From Lachnospiraceae bacterium UBA3282 (lineage in GTDB: Bacteria > Bacillota > Clostridia > Lachnospirales > Lachnospiraceae), in contig DETS01000011.1 in assembly GCA_002361735.1 (NCBI GenBank), positions 18,539 to 82,538 of the forward strand: DNA of 64,000 nucleotides, in the 5' to 3' direction. The notes beneath the pieces were generated by a model. The model searched no databases, had not been told where the DNA came from, and was given only the letters and a program-made list of their open reading frames with translations. A program made the translations under genes and the position numbers. This document shows positions 18,610 to 27,855 of the stretch, piece after piece. Position 1 is the stretch's first letter. Every line of letters begins with the position of its first letter.

Positions 18610-19512
18610 CTATAGATTAAAGCTTTCCACCACGCCCTTGATCACCAGATACCAGCCGTCCGCAAGCACGAACAGCAAAATCTTAAACGGCATGGAGATC
18701 GTGGTCGGCGGCAGCATCATCATACCCATACTCATGAGAGTAGAAGCGACTACCATGTCGATCACAATAAACGGAATATAAATCAGGAAACCGATGATAA
18801 ATGCCTGTCTGAGCTCGTTAATGATAAATGCGGGCACCAGAACGCTCATCGGGATATCGTCAAGTTCTCCGTTCCATTCGGTACGGTTAATGTCCATGAA
18901 GAAATAAACGTCATTCTTCTGGGTCTGCTTATACATAAACTGCCTGATCGGTTCGGCCGCCGCCTCAAAGGCTTCCTCCTGCGTCAATTCTCCCGCCTCG
19001 AAGGGTACCACCGCCTCCGTATAGACTGCCGTCATCGTAGGCTGCATAATAAAAAACGTAATAAACAGGGCAATACCGATCAGAACCGTGTTCGGCGGAG
19101 CTGTCTGCGTATTCAGTGCCTGCCGCGTAAAATGCAGAACAATGATGACCCGGGTAAACGAGGTCAGCATAATGATCAGCGTCGGCGCGATCGCGATCAG
19201 CGTGAGAATGATCAGAATGCGCAATGCGCCATTCACAGTACCGTTCCCGCCGTCGTAAGTCACCGTCACCGTATTCGCAATATTCAGTTCAGCCAATTCT
19301 TCGGCAGTCTCAGACGCTCCGGGCGGATCCTGATTCGTCCTCTCCGCAGTGGTGCCGGTGAGATTGGAGTCCCGGTAAGGGGTATCCGTCACCGTGGTCA
19401 TCGTATCCTCCGCGGCAAAAACGATTTTCCCCTGACTAAGATACAATATGCCTGCCATCATCAGCAGGCATATATATTTTGCCAAATAATATCCGGAAAA
19501 ACATCTCTTCAT
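18610..19512 (-). CDS. fliP: flagellar export apparatus protein FliP (with ~90-aa N-terminal extension)
   Basis: 300 aa. The conserved core reads LTSFTRVIIVLHFTRQALNTQ...MMMLPPTTISMPFKILLFVLADGW. An N-terminal signal-like segment is followed by a Thr-rich spacer. Confidence 0.93.
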   Translation of the reverse strand: MKRCFSGYYLAKYICLLMMAGILYLSQGKIVFAAEDTMTTVTDTPYRDSNLTGTTAERTNQDPPGASETAEELAELNIANTVTVTYDGGNGTVNGALRILIILTLIAIAPTLIIMLTSFTRVIIVLHFTRQALNTQTAPPNTVLIGIALFITFFIMQPTMTAVYTEAVVPFEAGELTQEEAFEAAAEPIRQFMYKQTQKNDVYFFMDINRTEWNGELDDIPMSVLVPAFIINELRQAFIIGFLIYIPFIVIDMVVASTLMSMGMMMLPPTTISMPFKILLFVLADGWYLVIKGVVESFNL

Positions 19513-19892
19513 TCGTCTCGCCCGTCTTCTTTTTCCAGGATTTTTTCTCTCTGTATTTTGGCGAGCACGTCCTTAAAACCGGGCACGCCACTGGTAGACC
19601 CCTCGGAAAACTGCAATTCCTCCTCGGGAATCTCTGATAACATTGTAACAGTATCTTTGCAGACTGCAAGCGCCAAATACTTCCTGCCGATCCTGACAAG
19701 CTGAATGTATTTGGTATTGGAAAGCCGCATCGCTTCCAAAAGCTCCATATTCATGCCCGCAGACTTTCCCTTCTGGTAACCGCCGATCCATTTGGTCACC
19801 AGAGCCGTGACAGCCAGCACAAACACAAATAACAGCAATACTGTTATAAACTGCACATAGGAGTCAGCCCTATCCGATAATGCAAGGAGCAT
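19509..19892 (-). CDS. fliO: flagellar biosynthesis protein FliO/FliZ
   Basis: 127-aa single-TM protein in the cheY-fliO-fliP position. Its start overlaps the cheY stop (TAATG). Its stop overlaps the fliP start by 4 nt. Confidence 0.8.
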   Translation of the reverse strand: MLLALSDRADSYVQFITVLLLFVFVLAVTALVTKWIGGYQKGKSAGMNMELLEAMRLSNTKYIQLVRIGRKYLALAVCKDTVTMLSEIPEEELQFSEGSTSGVPGFKDVLAKIQREKILEKEDGRDE

Positions 19893-20254
19893 TATCCCAC
19901 GACCTTCTTAACAGCCTCCAGTACACGATCTGCCTGGAAAGGTTTCACGATAAAGTCCTTTGCTCCGGACTGAATGGACTCGATAACCATTGCCTGCTGA
20001 CCCATCGCAGAACACATGATAACCATTGCACCCGGATCGCCTTCCTTGATCTTCTTGAGAGCCTGGATGCCGTCCATCTCGGGCATGGTGATGTCCATCA
20101 GCACAAGATCGGGCTTAAGCTCGTTGTACTTTTCAACCGCTTTTGCGCCGTTCTCCGCCTCTCCTGCCACGTTATAGCCATTCTTGGTCAGGATGTCCTT
20201 GATCATCATTCGCATAAACGCTGCATCATCACATACTAAAATATTTTTTGCCAT
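19892..20254 (-). CDS. cheY: chemotaxis response regulator CheY
   Basis: 120 aa. ILVCDDAAFMR...LVLMDITMPEMDG...AKDFIVKPF is a receiver-domain signature. Confidence 0.95.
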   Translation of the reverse strand: MAKNILVCDDAAFMRMMIKDILTKNGYNVAGEAENGAKAVEKYNELKPDLVLMDITMPEMDGIQALKKIKEGDPGAMVIMCSAMGQQAMVIESIQSGAKDFIVKPFQADRVLEAVKKVVG

Positions 20255-20274
20255 CTCTCTTCTCCTATCACATA

Positions 20275-21498
20275 TTATTTGATGATTTCGGTTACCCGAA
20301 TACCAAAGCTTTCTTCGATTACTACTACTTCTCCTTTTGCAACAAACTTGCCGTTTACCAGCACATCGATCGGTTCGCCCGCGATCTTGTCAAGCTCTAT
20401 GATCGTTCCCGGCGCGAAATCCAGAATCTCCGAAATGGACCGTGAAGTCCTGCCAAGTTCCACTGTTACCTCAAGCGGCACATCCTTGATCAGCTCGATG
20501 TTCTCCTGACTCTGCATGGGATTGAAATCGGCTGCAAAGTTCTGGAACTGAACCGGCTGCACATTCATGCCCGGCTGCATCGGCATCATCTGCGGCATTC
20601 CCATTTGGGGCATCATCTGCGGCATTCCCATCTGAGGCATCATCTGCATCTGACTCATATCCTGTGTCGGCATCGGCATTGGCATCGGCTGCGGAGCCGG
20701 AGCTGCCGCTGCAGGCGCTGCCGCGGGTGCCGGAGCCGGTTCGGGTGCCGCTGCGGGTGCCGGTGTATCACTGTCTGCACCCTGACTGACGATAAAGGTG
20801 TGGTAGATATCTTTTGCGAAATCCACCGGATATAACTGCATGATGGTGGAATCCACCAACTCATCGATCTGCATCCTAAAGGAGATCTTAACAAAGGTTC
20901 CCTCCAGGAAATCAGCGATATCGCCACCCGACTTAAAGGCGGTCAGATCCACCAGACTTGCTTCCGGAGGACTGATGTCGATCATCTTGCCAAGCATCGT
21001 AGAGAGCGAAGTTGCGGAAGACCCCATCATCTGATTCATCGCCTCGGAAATTGCCGAAAGATGAAGCTCTCCCAGCTCGCCGTCCGTATTCGTGCCGTCA
21101 CCGCCCATCATCAGGTCAGTGATGACTTTGACGTCATGCTCCTTTAAGATCAGGATATTCGATCCATCCAATCCCTGTGTATACTTGATCAGGATAAATA
21201 CGCAGGGCTTCTCGTAATCTTCCAGTACGTTTTTCCATGTCGCCATCTTGACCACAGGCGTCGTGATGTTGACCTTGCGGTTTACAATGGAGAACAGGGT
21301 AGTCGCCGAGGCGCCCATGCTGATATTTGCGACTTCGCCGATGGCATCTTTCTCGCTTTCCGTAAGGAGCGATTCGTCGGCATCAGGTCCGTCAAACGCT
21401 GAGGTTTCTGCTGCATCCGTGACCGCATCATCACCCGATGAATCGTCTGTGCCGTTCAAGAGCGCGTTTATTTCGTCCTGTGATAACATTCCGTCCAT
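20275..21498 (-). CDS. fliY: flagellar motor switch phosphatase FliY (CheC-like + FliN domains)
   Basis: 407 aa. The CheC-like N-terminus has DAIGEVANISMGASATTL. The FliN C-terminus reads VTVELGRTSRSISEILDFAPGTIIELDKIAGEPIDVLVNGKFVAKGEVVV. A Pro/Ala then Met/Pro/Gln-rich linker joins them. Confidence 0.93.
   Translation of the reverse strand: MDGMLSQDEINALLNGTDDSSGDDAVTDAAETSAFDGPDADESLLTESEKDAIGEVANISMGASATTLFSIVNRKVNITTPVVKMATWKNVLEDYEKPCVFILIKYTQGLDGSNILILKEHDVKVITDLMMGGDGTNTDGELGELHLSAISEAMNQMMGSSATSLSTMLGKMIDISPPEASLVDLTAFKSGGDIADFLEGTFVKISFRMQIDELVDSTIMQLYPVDFAKDIYHTFIVSQGADSDTPAPAAAPEPAPAPAAAPAAAAPAPQPMPMPMPTQDMSQMQMMPQMGMPQMMPQMGMPQMMPMQPGMNVQPVQFQNFAADFNPMQSQENIELIKDVPLEVTVELGRTSRSISEILDFAPGTIIELDKIAGEPIDVLVNGKFVAKGEVVVIEESFGIRVTEIIK
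20584..20650 (-). repeat. 27-nt in-frame tandem repeat (~2.5 copies) encoding MPQMGMPQM in the FliY linker
   Basis: catcatctgcggcattcccat begins at 20584 and again at 20611. A third, diverged copy (catcatctgcatctgactcat) begins at 20638. Confidence 0.8.
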
Positions 21499-21502
21499 GC
21501 TT

Positions 21503-22483
21503 TTACTCCCCCTCTCTAATCACCGAAGTAACTCTCACAGCGTTTTTATCCCGGCTGGTACCCGGAAGTGCGGTGAATTTCTTGATATTACCCACATACA
21601 CCGTAAGATCCTGTTCTACCTCGGTATCTAGTCTTATGATGTCCCCGCGTTGCAGATTCACAAAATCGGTGACTGATATGCTCGTCTTTCCCAGTACCGC
21701 CTTGACCGGAACATCCACTCTCTTGATGAGCGCCTCGACATACTCCTCGAAATTCTCCTCATTATGCTCCTGCAGATTCGCGTACCAGTACTTCGTATTG
21801 AGCTTATCCATGACGCTCTCCAACGTGAAGAAGGGGAGACATACATTCATAAATCCTTCGACATCACCTATTTTCATATTTAAGGTGACGATTGCGATCA
21901 TATCGCTGGGGGCGATGATCTGTGCGAACTGCGAATTCGTCTCGATGCGCTCCATCATGGGATTGATATCCGCCACGTTCTTCCATGGCTCCCGCATGAG
22001 CTGCATACACACCACCATCATCTTCTCTATGATCGTCATTTCAATCTCAGTGAAATCTCTGGTCTTTTCCAGAGGATCCCCCGAGCCGCCGAGCATCCTG
22101 TCTATCATCGCAAATCCCAGCTGAGATGCCAGCTCTATCAGGATCGTACCTCCGAGCGGCTGGAAATTAACAACGCCCAGTATGACAGGGTTTGACAATG
22201 AATTTGAAAATTCTGAGAATATGACCGTCTCGGAACTTGTCACCGAAACCTGTATATTCTTTCTCAGATACACCGGCATACTCGTGGAGAGCAGTCGGCC
22301 GTAATGCTCGTATATGATTTCCAACGTCCGCAGATGCTCTTTCGAGAACTTTGTAGGACGTTTGAAGTCGTAATCTTTTACTTTCTTATCATCTGCGTTA
22401 TTTAATTCTTCGGTGTCCAGATCGCCGCTGCTTAAGGCAGCGAGCAGATTATCTATCTCACTCTGCGATAGTACCTCGCCCAC
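21503..22483 (-). CDS. fliM: flagellar motor switch protein FliM
   Basis: 326 aa. It has the N-terminal CheY-P binding peptide LSQSEIDNLL. The start is GTG, 7 nt after GGAGGTG. Confidence 0.94.
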   Translation of the reverse strand: MGEVLSQSEIDNLLAALSSGDLDTEELNNADDKKVKDYDFKRPTKFSKEHLRTLEIIYEHYGRLLSTSMPVYLRKNIQVSVTSSETVIFSEFSNSLSNPVILGVVNFQPLGGTILIELASQLGFAMIDRMLGGSGDPLEKTRDFTEIEMTIIEKMMVVCMQLMREPWKNVADINPMMERIETNSQFAQIIAPSDMIAIVTLNMKIGDVEGFMNVCLPFFTLESVMDKLNTKYWYANLQEHNEENFEEYVEALIKRVDVPVKAVLGKTSISVTDFVNLQRGDIIRLDTEVEQDLTVYVGNIKKFTALPGTSRDKNAVRVTSVIREGE

Positions 22484-22521
22484 GAAAGTTCACCTCCTGT
22501 GGTAGTCATTTTATCTAAGTA

Positions 22522-23043
22522 CTATCCAAACATGATGTCACCAAAGGACACGTTATAGATAAACTTGGAATCAAACAGCTGTTGTATTCTGCCTATGATC
22601 TCTTTCTTGATCATCTCCTGATTGTCGCGCGCCTCTTCCATTGTATACTGTGCAAACACGCCGTTGATCTCATCTTTAATCAGTCCCTCTCTCGTTGCCA
22701 GAACCTCTGCGGAGCCATATTCCTTATACCCCTCCGCCTTGGTATTGATCGAAAGGGTGATGGAAACGATACAGTAGTGATCCTTATCATCCCCCTCGCT
22801 CTTTTTCAAAGGAATCGTCATATTATCAGCAAAAGAATAAGTTTCAGTGTCCGCCATCGAGACAACCTCCGCTCCGCCCTCGCTGCTCGCCGAAAGTTCC
22901 AGATCCATGGCTGCGGCAATGTTGTTTACCAATGCAGCGGTCTGTTTGGAAGCGCCGGTCACGCTGAACATCATGATCGCCGTAAGAACGACATTCACGA
23001 TCATAAGTGCCAGAATAATAATGGAAATCAGATTCTTCTTCAT
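22522..23043 (-). CDS. fliL: flagellar basal body-associated protein FliL
   Basis: 173-aa single-TM protein with a FliL-like C-terminus (IKDEINGVF...IGRIQQLFDSKFIYNVSFGDIMF). Confidence 0.85.
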   Translation of the reverse strand: MKKNLISIIILALMIVNVVLTAIMMFSVTGASKQTAALVNNIAAAMDLELSASSEGGAEVVSMADTETYSFADNMTIPLKKSEGDDKDHYCIVSITLSINTKAEGYKEYGSAEVLATREGLIKDEINGVFAQYTMEEARDNQEMIKKEIIGRIQQLFDSKFIYNVSFGDIMFG

Positions 23044-23120
23044 AGCCTTTTGTTTCTCCTTCTATAGATATTCTAATAAATATTCTATCTATGATTTCAT
23101 ATGACTGAAAGCTCCTGAGA

Positions 23121-23954
23121 TCAATACGAGCTCATGGAGTTGTAAATCTTGATCTCTACTCTCCTGTTCTTTGCCCGTCCCTCGGGCGTCGCATTGTCGG
23201 CGATCGGAAGATATTCTCCCCTGCCCGCGTGTTTGATATTCGCCGGGTTTAAGTTTGTCACCGAAAGGATGTAGTCAAATACCGAAAGTGCACGCCCGGA
23301 ACTCAACTCATTGTTATTCGAGTACTTCGCTCCCGACATGGGGACGTTGTCCGTGTGTCCCTCGATCTCAACCGTTCCCGTCGCGTACCGTTCCAAAATC
23401 AGTCCCACCTGATCGAGCACCGGCTTTGCTTCCTCTTTTAAGAGCGTCTGCCCCGAATCAAAGAGGATCGAACCCTTCAGCGTAAGCTGAACGAACTGGG
23501 AGGTGAACTGCACCTGAACCTCGTCCTGCATATTGCTCTCATCCACGGCTTCCTGGATCTTCTCCGCCAGTTTCTCGGATTCTTCCATCTGCGCTTCCTC
23601 GAGCTGTTCTTTCGCTTCTTCCGTTGAGGCATCCCGCCCCATATCCTCATCTACGGTCTGACCCTCGTCGAGCTTACCCGTACTGTTTATAAAATCATCC
23701 AGCACATTGAGCTGGCTGACACCGTTGCTGATCAGTTTTCCATCGCCGATCGCCTGTGCGCCCCCTTCAAATACGGAAAACGCCTGATTTAAAGATGCTA
23801 CGATTGCCTCCTGCTTTGCCTCGTCCACACTGGACATCGCAAAGAGCAACACGAAGAAGCAGAGCAGAAGATTCATCAGATCACTGAATGTCGCCATCCA
23901 CGCCGGTGAGCCTTTTGGCGGGTCTTCCTGCTTCTTCTTAGCCATTTTCTTCAC
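23121..23954 (-). CDS. motB: flagellar stator protein MotB (OmpA-like peptidoglycan-binding C-terminus)
   Basis: 277 aa. It has the plug and TM region with the conserved Asp (AWMATFSDLMNLLLCFFVLLF) and a C-terminal OmpA box (GHTDNVP...NNELSSGRALSV...NRRVEIKI). Confidence 0.92.
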   Translation of the reverse strand: MKKMAKKKQEDPPKGSPAWMATFSDLMNLLLCFFVLLFAMSSVDEAKQEAIVASLNQAFSVFEGGAQAIGDGKLISNGVSQLNVLDDFINSTGKLDEGQTVDEDMGRDASTEEAKEQLEEAQMEESEKLAEKIQEAVDESNMQDEVQVQFTSQFVQLTLKGSILFDSGQTLLKEEAKPVLDQVGLILERYATGTVEIEGHTDNVPMSGAKYSNNNELSSGRALSVFDYILSVTNLNPANIKHAGRGEYLPIADNATPEGRAKNRRVEIKIYNSMSSY

Positions 23955-24732
23955 CTCCGCTTTCGCCGGTGGAGCCTCTGTCCGCAGGCGCCAGGAAGGA
24001 CTTCAGTTTCTCCTCGATGACACGGGGGTTCTCACCCGCCTGAATGGAAAGCAGGCCCTCGATCTCGATCTCCTTCACCATCATTTCCTCGTCGTTCTTA
24101 CCTTTCAGCTTCGTGGCCACAGGCGCACAGATCCAGTTTGCGAGGACAGAACCGTAGAATGTTGTAATCAGGGCCGTTGCCATGTTAGGACCGACTGCCG
24201 CCAGATCGGAAAGGTCTTTCAGCATTAGGATCAAACCGATCAAGGTACCGATCATACCCCAGGCAGGACCCATGGCTCCCAAGTTTTCCCAGAAACCAAT
24301 CTTTTCCTTATGCCTGCTCTCTACGCTGACAAGTTCCGTCTCCATGATGGCACGCACAAGCTCCGGATCGGTACCGTCCACGATCAATAGGATGCCCTTT
24401 TTCAAAAATTCGTCGTCGATATCGCTGGCTGCTTCCTCCAGGGAAAGCAGACCTTCCTTACGGGCGACGTTCGATAAGTCTATGATCTTCTGAATGATCT
24501 CCGGTACGTTCATGACGGACGTCTTGAAGATCAGCGTTATGCTCTTTAATCCGGCAACGAAACTGTTCATGGAATAACTCGCCATGACACAGCACAAAGC
24601 ACCACCGAAGGTAATTAACGCCGAGGGGGCGTGCAGGAAACTGGCGACGGTAGCGAACGATTTTCCGAACACCATACCGAATATCATCAGTGCCAAACAC
24701 GCTAACAAACCGATTAATGAAGCTATATCCAT
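23938..24732 (-). CDS. motA: flagellar stator protein MotA
   Basis: 264 aa with 4 TM helices. It has the MotA/TolQ/ExbB motif GMIGTLIGLILML...ALITTFYG. It overlaps motB by 17 nt. Confidence 0.93.
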   Translation of the reverse strand: MDIASLIGLLACLALMIFGMVFGKSFATVASFLHAPSALITFGGALCCVMASYSMNSFVAGLKSITLIFKTSVMNVPEIIQKIIDLSNVARKEGLLSLEEAASDIDDEFLKKGILLIVDGTDPELVRAIMETELVSVESRHKEKIGFWENLGAMGPAWGMIGTLIGLILMLKDLSDLAAVGPNMATALITTFYGSVLANWICAPVATKLKGKNDEEMMVKEIEIEGLLSIQAGENPRVIEEKLKSFLAPADRGSTGESGGEENG

Positions 24733-24752
24733 ATGTATACACCCACTTTACA

Positions 24753-24938
24753 CTAGTCTGCAAAAATATCCTTTCTATACGATTTTACTAAATTTTTCAC
24801 TTCTTGTCTACTTTCTTTTACAATTATTTTCCGACCGGTCGTCAAAGTCAGCACCGTATCAGGTGTTTCCTCCACAAGTTCCAGTAAATCGGGGTTGATC
24901 AGCACCTTGACGCCGTTGATCTTCGTGACCTCTATCAT
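24753..24938 (-). CDS. flbD: flagellar protein FlbD
   Basis: 61 aa. MIEVTKINGVKVLINPDLLELVEETPDTVLTLTTGRKIIVKES is the canonical FlbD sequence. The RBS is GGGGGAGG. Confidence 0.9.
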   Translation of the reverse strand: MIEVTKINGVKVLINPDLLELVEETPDTVLTLTTGRKIIVKESRQEVKNLVKSYRKDIFAD

Positions 24939-25015
24939 ACGATACCTCCCCCTCTCCCGGAAAACCAGAATCCAACTGTAGCAGAAAATAAAAACAGAAG
25001 GTCTGCAACTTGTTT

Positions 25016-25044
25016 ATTTTACCACACATTTTCTCAAACTGCAA
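25016..25044 (-). promoter_or_regulatory. sigma-A-type promoter upstream of flbD-motAB (TTGCAG -17 nt- TGgTAAAAT, extended -10)
   Basis: On the minus strand the -35 TTGCAG is at 25044-25039, the spacer is 17 nt, and the -10 TAAAAT is at 25021-25016 preceded by TGG. An A8/T-rich UP-like tract lies just upstream (25045-25080). Confidence 0.55.
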
Positions 25045-25100
25045 AAAAAATTTTTTCCAATCACAAAAAAATGCAAAAAATCCATAATATACCATACCGT

Positions 25101-25131
25101 AAAAAAGGAGCTCCCGCCTCGCGGAAGCCCC
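25101..25131 (-). terminator. intrinsic terminator directly after flgE
   Basis: The minus strand reads GGGGCTTCCGC-GAG-GCGGGAGCTCC followed by TTTTTT. This is an 11-bp stem including 2 G-U pairs. It begins 10 nt after the flgE stop. Confidence 0.7.
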
Positions 25132-25141
25132 TAACGATTGA

Positions 25142-27307
25142 TTATCTCTTAAGATTTACCAGCTCCTCCAGCATGGAGTCGGAGGTGGTGATGATACGGC
25201 TGTTTGCCTGGAAACCACGCTGTGTGGTGATCATCTCGGTAAACTCGCCCGCCAGATCGACGTTACTCATCTCCAGCACGCCGGATTCCATGGAACCCTC
25301 GCCGTCCGAGGTGATATCGATACCGACGCCGTCGAACTCGCCGGAGTTCATGGTCGTGGAATAAAGGTTGTTGCCCGCCTTAGCAAGACCTGCCGCATTG
25401 GCAAACTTCGTCACCGCGATCTGTCCCAACAGCTTGGTCATGCCGTTATCGTAGGACGCTCTGATCTTACCGTCCGAGCCGACCTCCACGCCGATCAGCG
25501 CACCTTCCTTACGGCCTGCGCCGAGGTTGTTGGAGGAACCGTCGCCGCTGTCCATGGCAACGGTAGAAGTCTTACCGTTATTGACATTTCTCATCGTCCC
25601 AAAGTCGATGGAGGTGTCATGGAAATGCCCCAAATCTACGGTCGCGCCCGTCAGATCGGTAGCGGACCCCGCAAAGTCGAGGGTCGCAGCTCTCTGACCG
25701 TTGGAACCGATGTACACAAACTCACCGTTCTCGGTATCGAACACCAGCATATTGCCCTTATAGGACTCGTTCATCTCGATGCTCGCCTGCCCGTCAGGTG
25801 CAATGTAGTTAATGGTATACTTTACGGTCTCGGTGTCTTTCAGACCATACACCCGCTCCAGAATCGTGGTATAATTCGCCTCGGTCGCATCGATGGTCTC
25901 GGAAAGCTTTCCGGTCTTTTGGTTATAATTCAACTCTTTTGTCGGCTCAAATGCCGCGGAGAAACTCACATTCACCGTGCCGTCTTCATCCACTTCCACC
26001 TTGGTGACCGTCACCTTGCCGCTCGTCTGGGTCGCTGCACCGCCGCCACCGCCTGCTGCACCGCCGCCACCGCCTGCTGCACCGTCATTCTTTCCGGTCA
26101 GTTTTTCCAGAACTTTCGCCCAAGCATCAACACCACTTTTTTCATCCAAATAGACATCCTTCGCGGGATTGGCAGACTTATCGCTGTAATAATATTTTCC
26201 TTTATTATCGCCCTCTTTGATACGTACCAGCCCGTACTCCGACTTCAGCACTTCCTCGCTCAGTCCCGTAGAACCTTCCACAACCACACTATTTTTCCCC
26301 GTCGGTGCTTTCTTTCCGTCCGTGATCTTCGTGGTATCCGTCTGCTTCTCTCCATCGATCTCAATAATCTTAAGATCTTCCGCCAGACTCATCATCGGAT
26401 TCGCGGAAAAACCGATGAGAGAGTCCCCAAAGCTGTAGTCCACCTTAAAGTTTGCAGCGGCACCGCCTGTTACTGCAGGCGTATAGGTCACGCCCTGCGG
26501 CACATCGTACACCTTTGTGACTGGGTCCATATTGCCGCCGTTTCCGAAAGTAGCGATCTGATTGATGTTGCTCAGGTTATAGTATTTCACCAGAGAAACG
26601 CCGTCTTCGTTTAAGATATCATCCAGTTCCACATAATAGTTACCATCCTGGCTCATCGCGTGGTAGCTGATCTTCGCGGTGTACTTATAGCCCAGCTGGT
26701 CAAAGAAACTAAAGGTTCTGACCAGACCGGCACTGCTGTGCACATCGGCGCAGTTCTTATCGAGGATACCCGACGCGGTACCCAGCGTGGTCGCCTCCGG
26801 GGGCGCCGTCATATTCTTCTGGTTCATGACCTGCAGAGCGGATACCGTATCGGAACGGATATCTCCGGTCTCGCCATCTACCTGCCAGCCCATCACGCGG
26901 TAGCCGGTACTCGCCATAACCAGATTGCCCGCGCCGTCAATGGTGAAGGAACCGTCTCTGGTGAAGAAGTTCTGGGAACCGCTGTTTACGATGAAGAAAG
27001 CTTCACCCGAAATCATTACGTCCCAAGGGTTGTTCGTAGACTGCGCGGAACCCTGTCTGGTGATGGCAGTGTTGATCGCTGCCGTCTTTGCGCCCAGACC
27101 GATCTGTCTGGCGTTCATACCGCCGCGGCCGGTGTCCGCGTTCGCGCCGGAAGCTGCCTGTGTCTGCTGATAGAGCAGATCGCTGAACACCATGTTCTGC
27201 GCCTTGTATGCTGTCGTGTTTACGTTTGCAATGTTGTTACCGATTACATCCATTCTGGTCTGATGGGTCTTAAGACCCGATACGCCAGAAAAAAGTGATC
27301 TCATCAT
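25142..27307 (-). CDS. flgE: flagellar hook protein FlgE (unusually long, 721 aa)
   Basis: The N-terminus MMRSLFSGVSGLKTHQTRMDVIGNNIANVNTTAYK and the C-terminus MITTQRGFQANSRIITTSDSMLEELVNLKR are canonical. A ~350-aa central insertion includes a Gly/Ala run. Confidence 0.93.
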   Translation of the reverse strand: MMRSLFSGVSGLKTHQTRMDVIGNNIANVNTTAYKAQNMVFSDLLYQQTQAASGANADTGRGGMNARQIGLGAKTAAINTAITRQGSAQSTNNPWDVMISGEAFFIVNSGSQNFFTRDGSFTIDGAGNLVMASTGYRVMGWQVDGETGDIRSDTVSALQVMNQKNMTAPPEATTLGTASGILDKNCADVHSSAGLVRTFSFFDQLGYKYTAKISYHAMSQDGNYYVELDDILNEDGVSLVKYYNLSNINQIATFGNGGNMDPVTKVYDVPQGVTYTPAVTGGAAANFKVDYSFGDSLIGFSANPMMSLAEDLKIIEIDGEKQTDTTKITDGKKAPTGKNSVVVEGSTGLSEEVLKSEYGLVRIKEGDNKGKYYYSDKSANPAKDVYLDEKSGVDAWAKVLEKLTGKNDGAAGGGGGAAGGGGGAATQTSGKVTVTKVEVDEDGTVNVSFSAAFEPTKELNYNQKTGKLSETIDATEANYTTILERVYGLKDTETVKYTINYIAPDGQASIEMNESYKGNMLVFDTENGEFVYIGSNGQRAATLDFAGSATDLTGATVDLGHFHDTSIDFGTMRNVNNGKTSTVAMDSGDGSSNNLGAGRKEGALIGVEVGSDGKIRASYDNGMTKLLGQIAVTKFANAAGLAKAGNNLYSTTMNSGEFDGVGIDITSDGEGSMESGVLEMSNVDLAGEFTEMITTQRGFQANSRIITTSDSMLEELVNLKR
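26034..26083 (-). repeat. 21-nt perfect tandem repeat (2.4 copies) inside flgE encoding AAGGGGG-AAGGGGG-AA
   Basis: ctgcaccgccgccaccgcctg occurs at 26034-26054 and 26055-26075. A partial third copy covers 26076-26083. Confidence 0.9.
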
Positions 27308-27403
27308 AGTGAAATGACCTCCTTAATCTCCGATGGAACCGTCGTCCCCTCTGTCAGTCGGGGACGCTAAGCCTCCTGTAAGGTCCGGCTTATCGTTTAC
27401 TCG

Positions 27404-27808
27404 TTACATGATTACGGCTCCGTCTATGTTTGTGAATACATTTTCATCGGTCTCCGTCTGATCCATCGCCGTGATGACCGTTTGATTCGGCACGCTCACG
27501 ATGAATGCGAGGGAATCCACAATGACCAACGATTCGTTTATCCCCTTCGCCGAAGCTTTTGCTGCACCCAGATTCAGGCGTTCCACCTGCTCCTTAGTCA
27601 GCTCAATATTCCGGTCTGACAGACGGTTTGCCGCGTGCTTGGAAAATCTTACCTCTCCGGATTCCTGAATGACATCCGTCTTTTTTGTCAGGATATCCTG
27701 GAAGCTTAACGCTCCCTGGGCAAGCGCCGCGTCTTTCTTTCTGCCTGTGCCTAAATATTGATCCTGCAGCTGCGCTATGGAAGGGAAAGAATTGCCTTGT
27801 AGCTTCAT
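27404..27808 (-). CDS. small conserved flagellar operon protein (TIGR02530-like, between flgD and flgE)
   Basis: 134 aa. The call rests on the position between flgD and flgE and on the motif VRFSKHAANRLSDRNIELTKEQVERL typical of this Firmicutes family. Confidence 0.7.
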   Translation of the reverse strand: MKLQGNSFPSIAQLQDQYLGTGRKKDAALAQGALSFQDILTKKTDVIQESGEVRFSKHAANRLSDRNIELTKEQVERLNLGAAKASAKGINESLVIVDSLAFIVSVPNQTVITAMDQTETDENVFTNIDGAVIM

Positions 27809-27855
27809 CGTCTCTCCTCCTTGAGATAGCTGCCAGTTTCCGCCGTTTTCCTCTC

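Noticed and set aside
23044-23120. Direct repeat ATATTCTA-N4-ATATTCTA in the motB-fliL spacer as a regulator binding site or promoter
   Set aside because: It is a short AT-rich repeat in a 77-nt spacer. No credible -35/-10 pair is associated with it, and I cannot assess conservation.
27308-27403. Hairpin CGTCCCC-N10-GGGGACG in the spacer upstream of flgE
   Set aside because: It is a 7-bp stem without a U-tract in an otherwise unremarkable spacer. It is too weak to call a regulatory element without comparative data.
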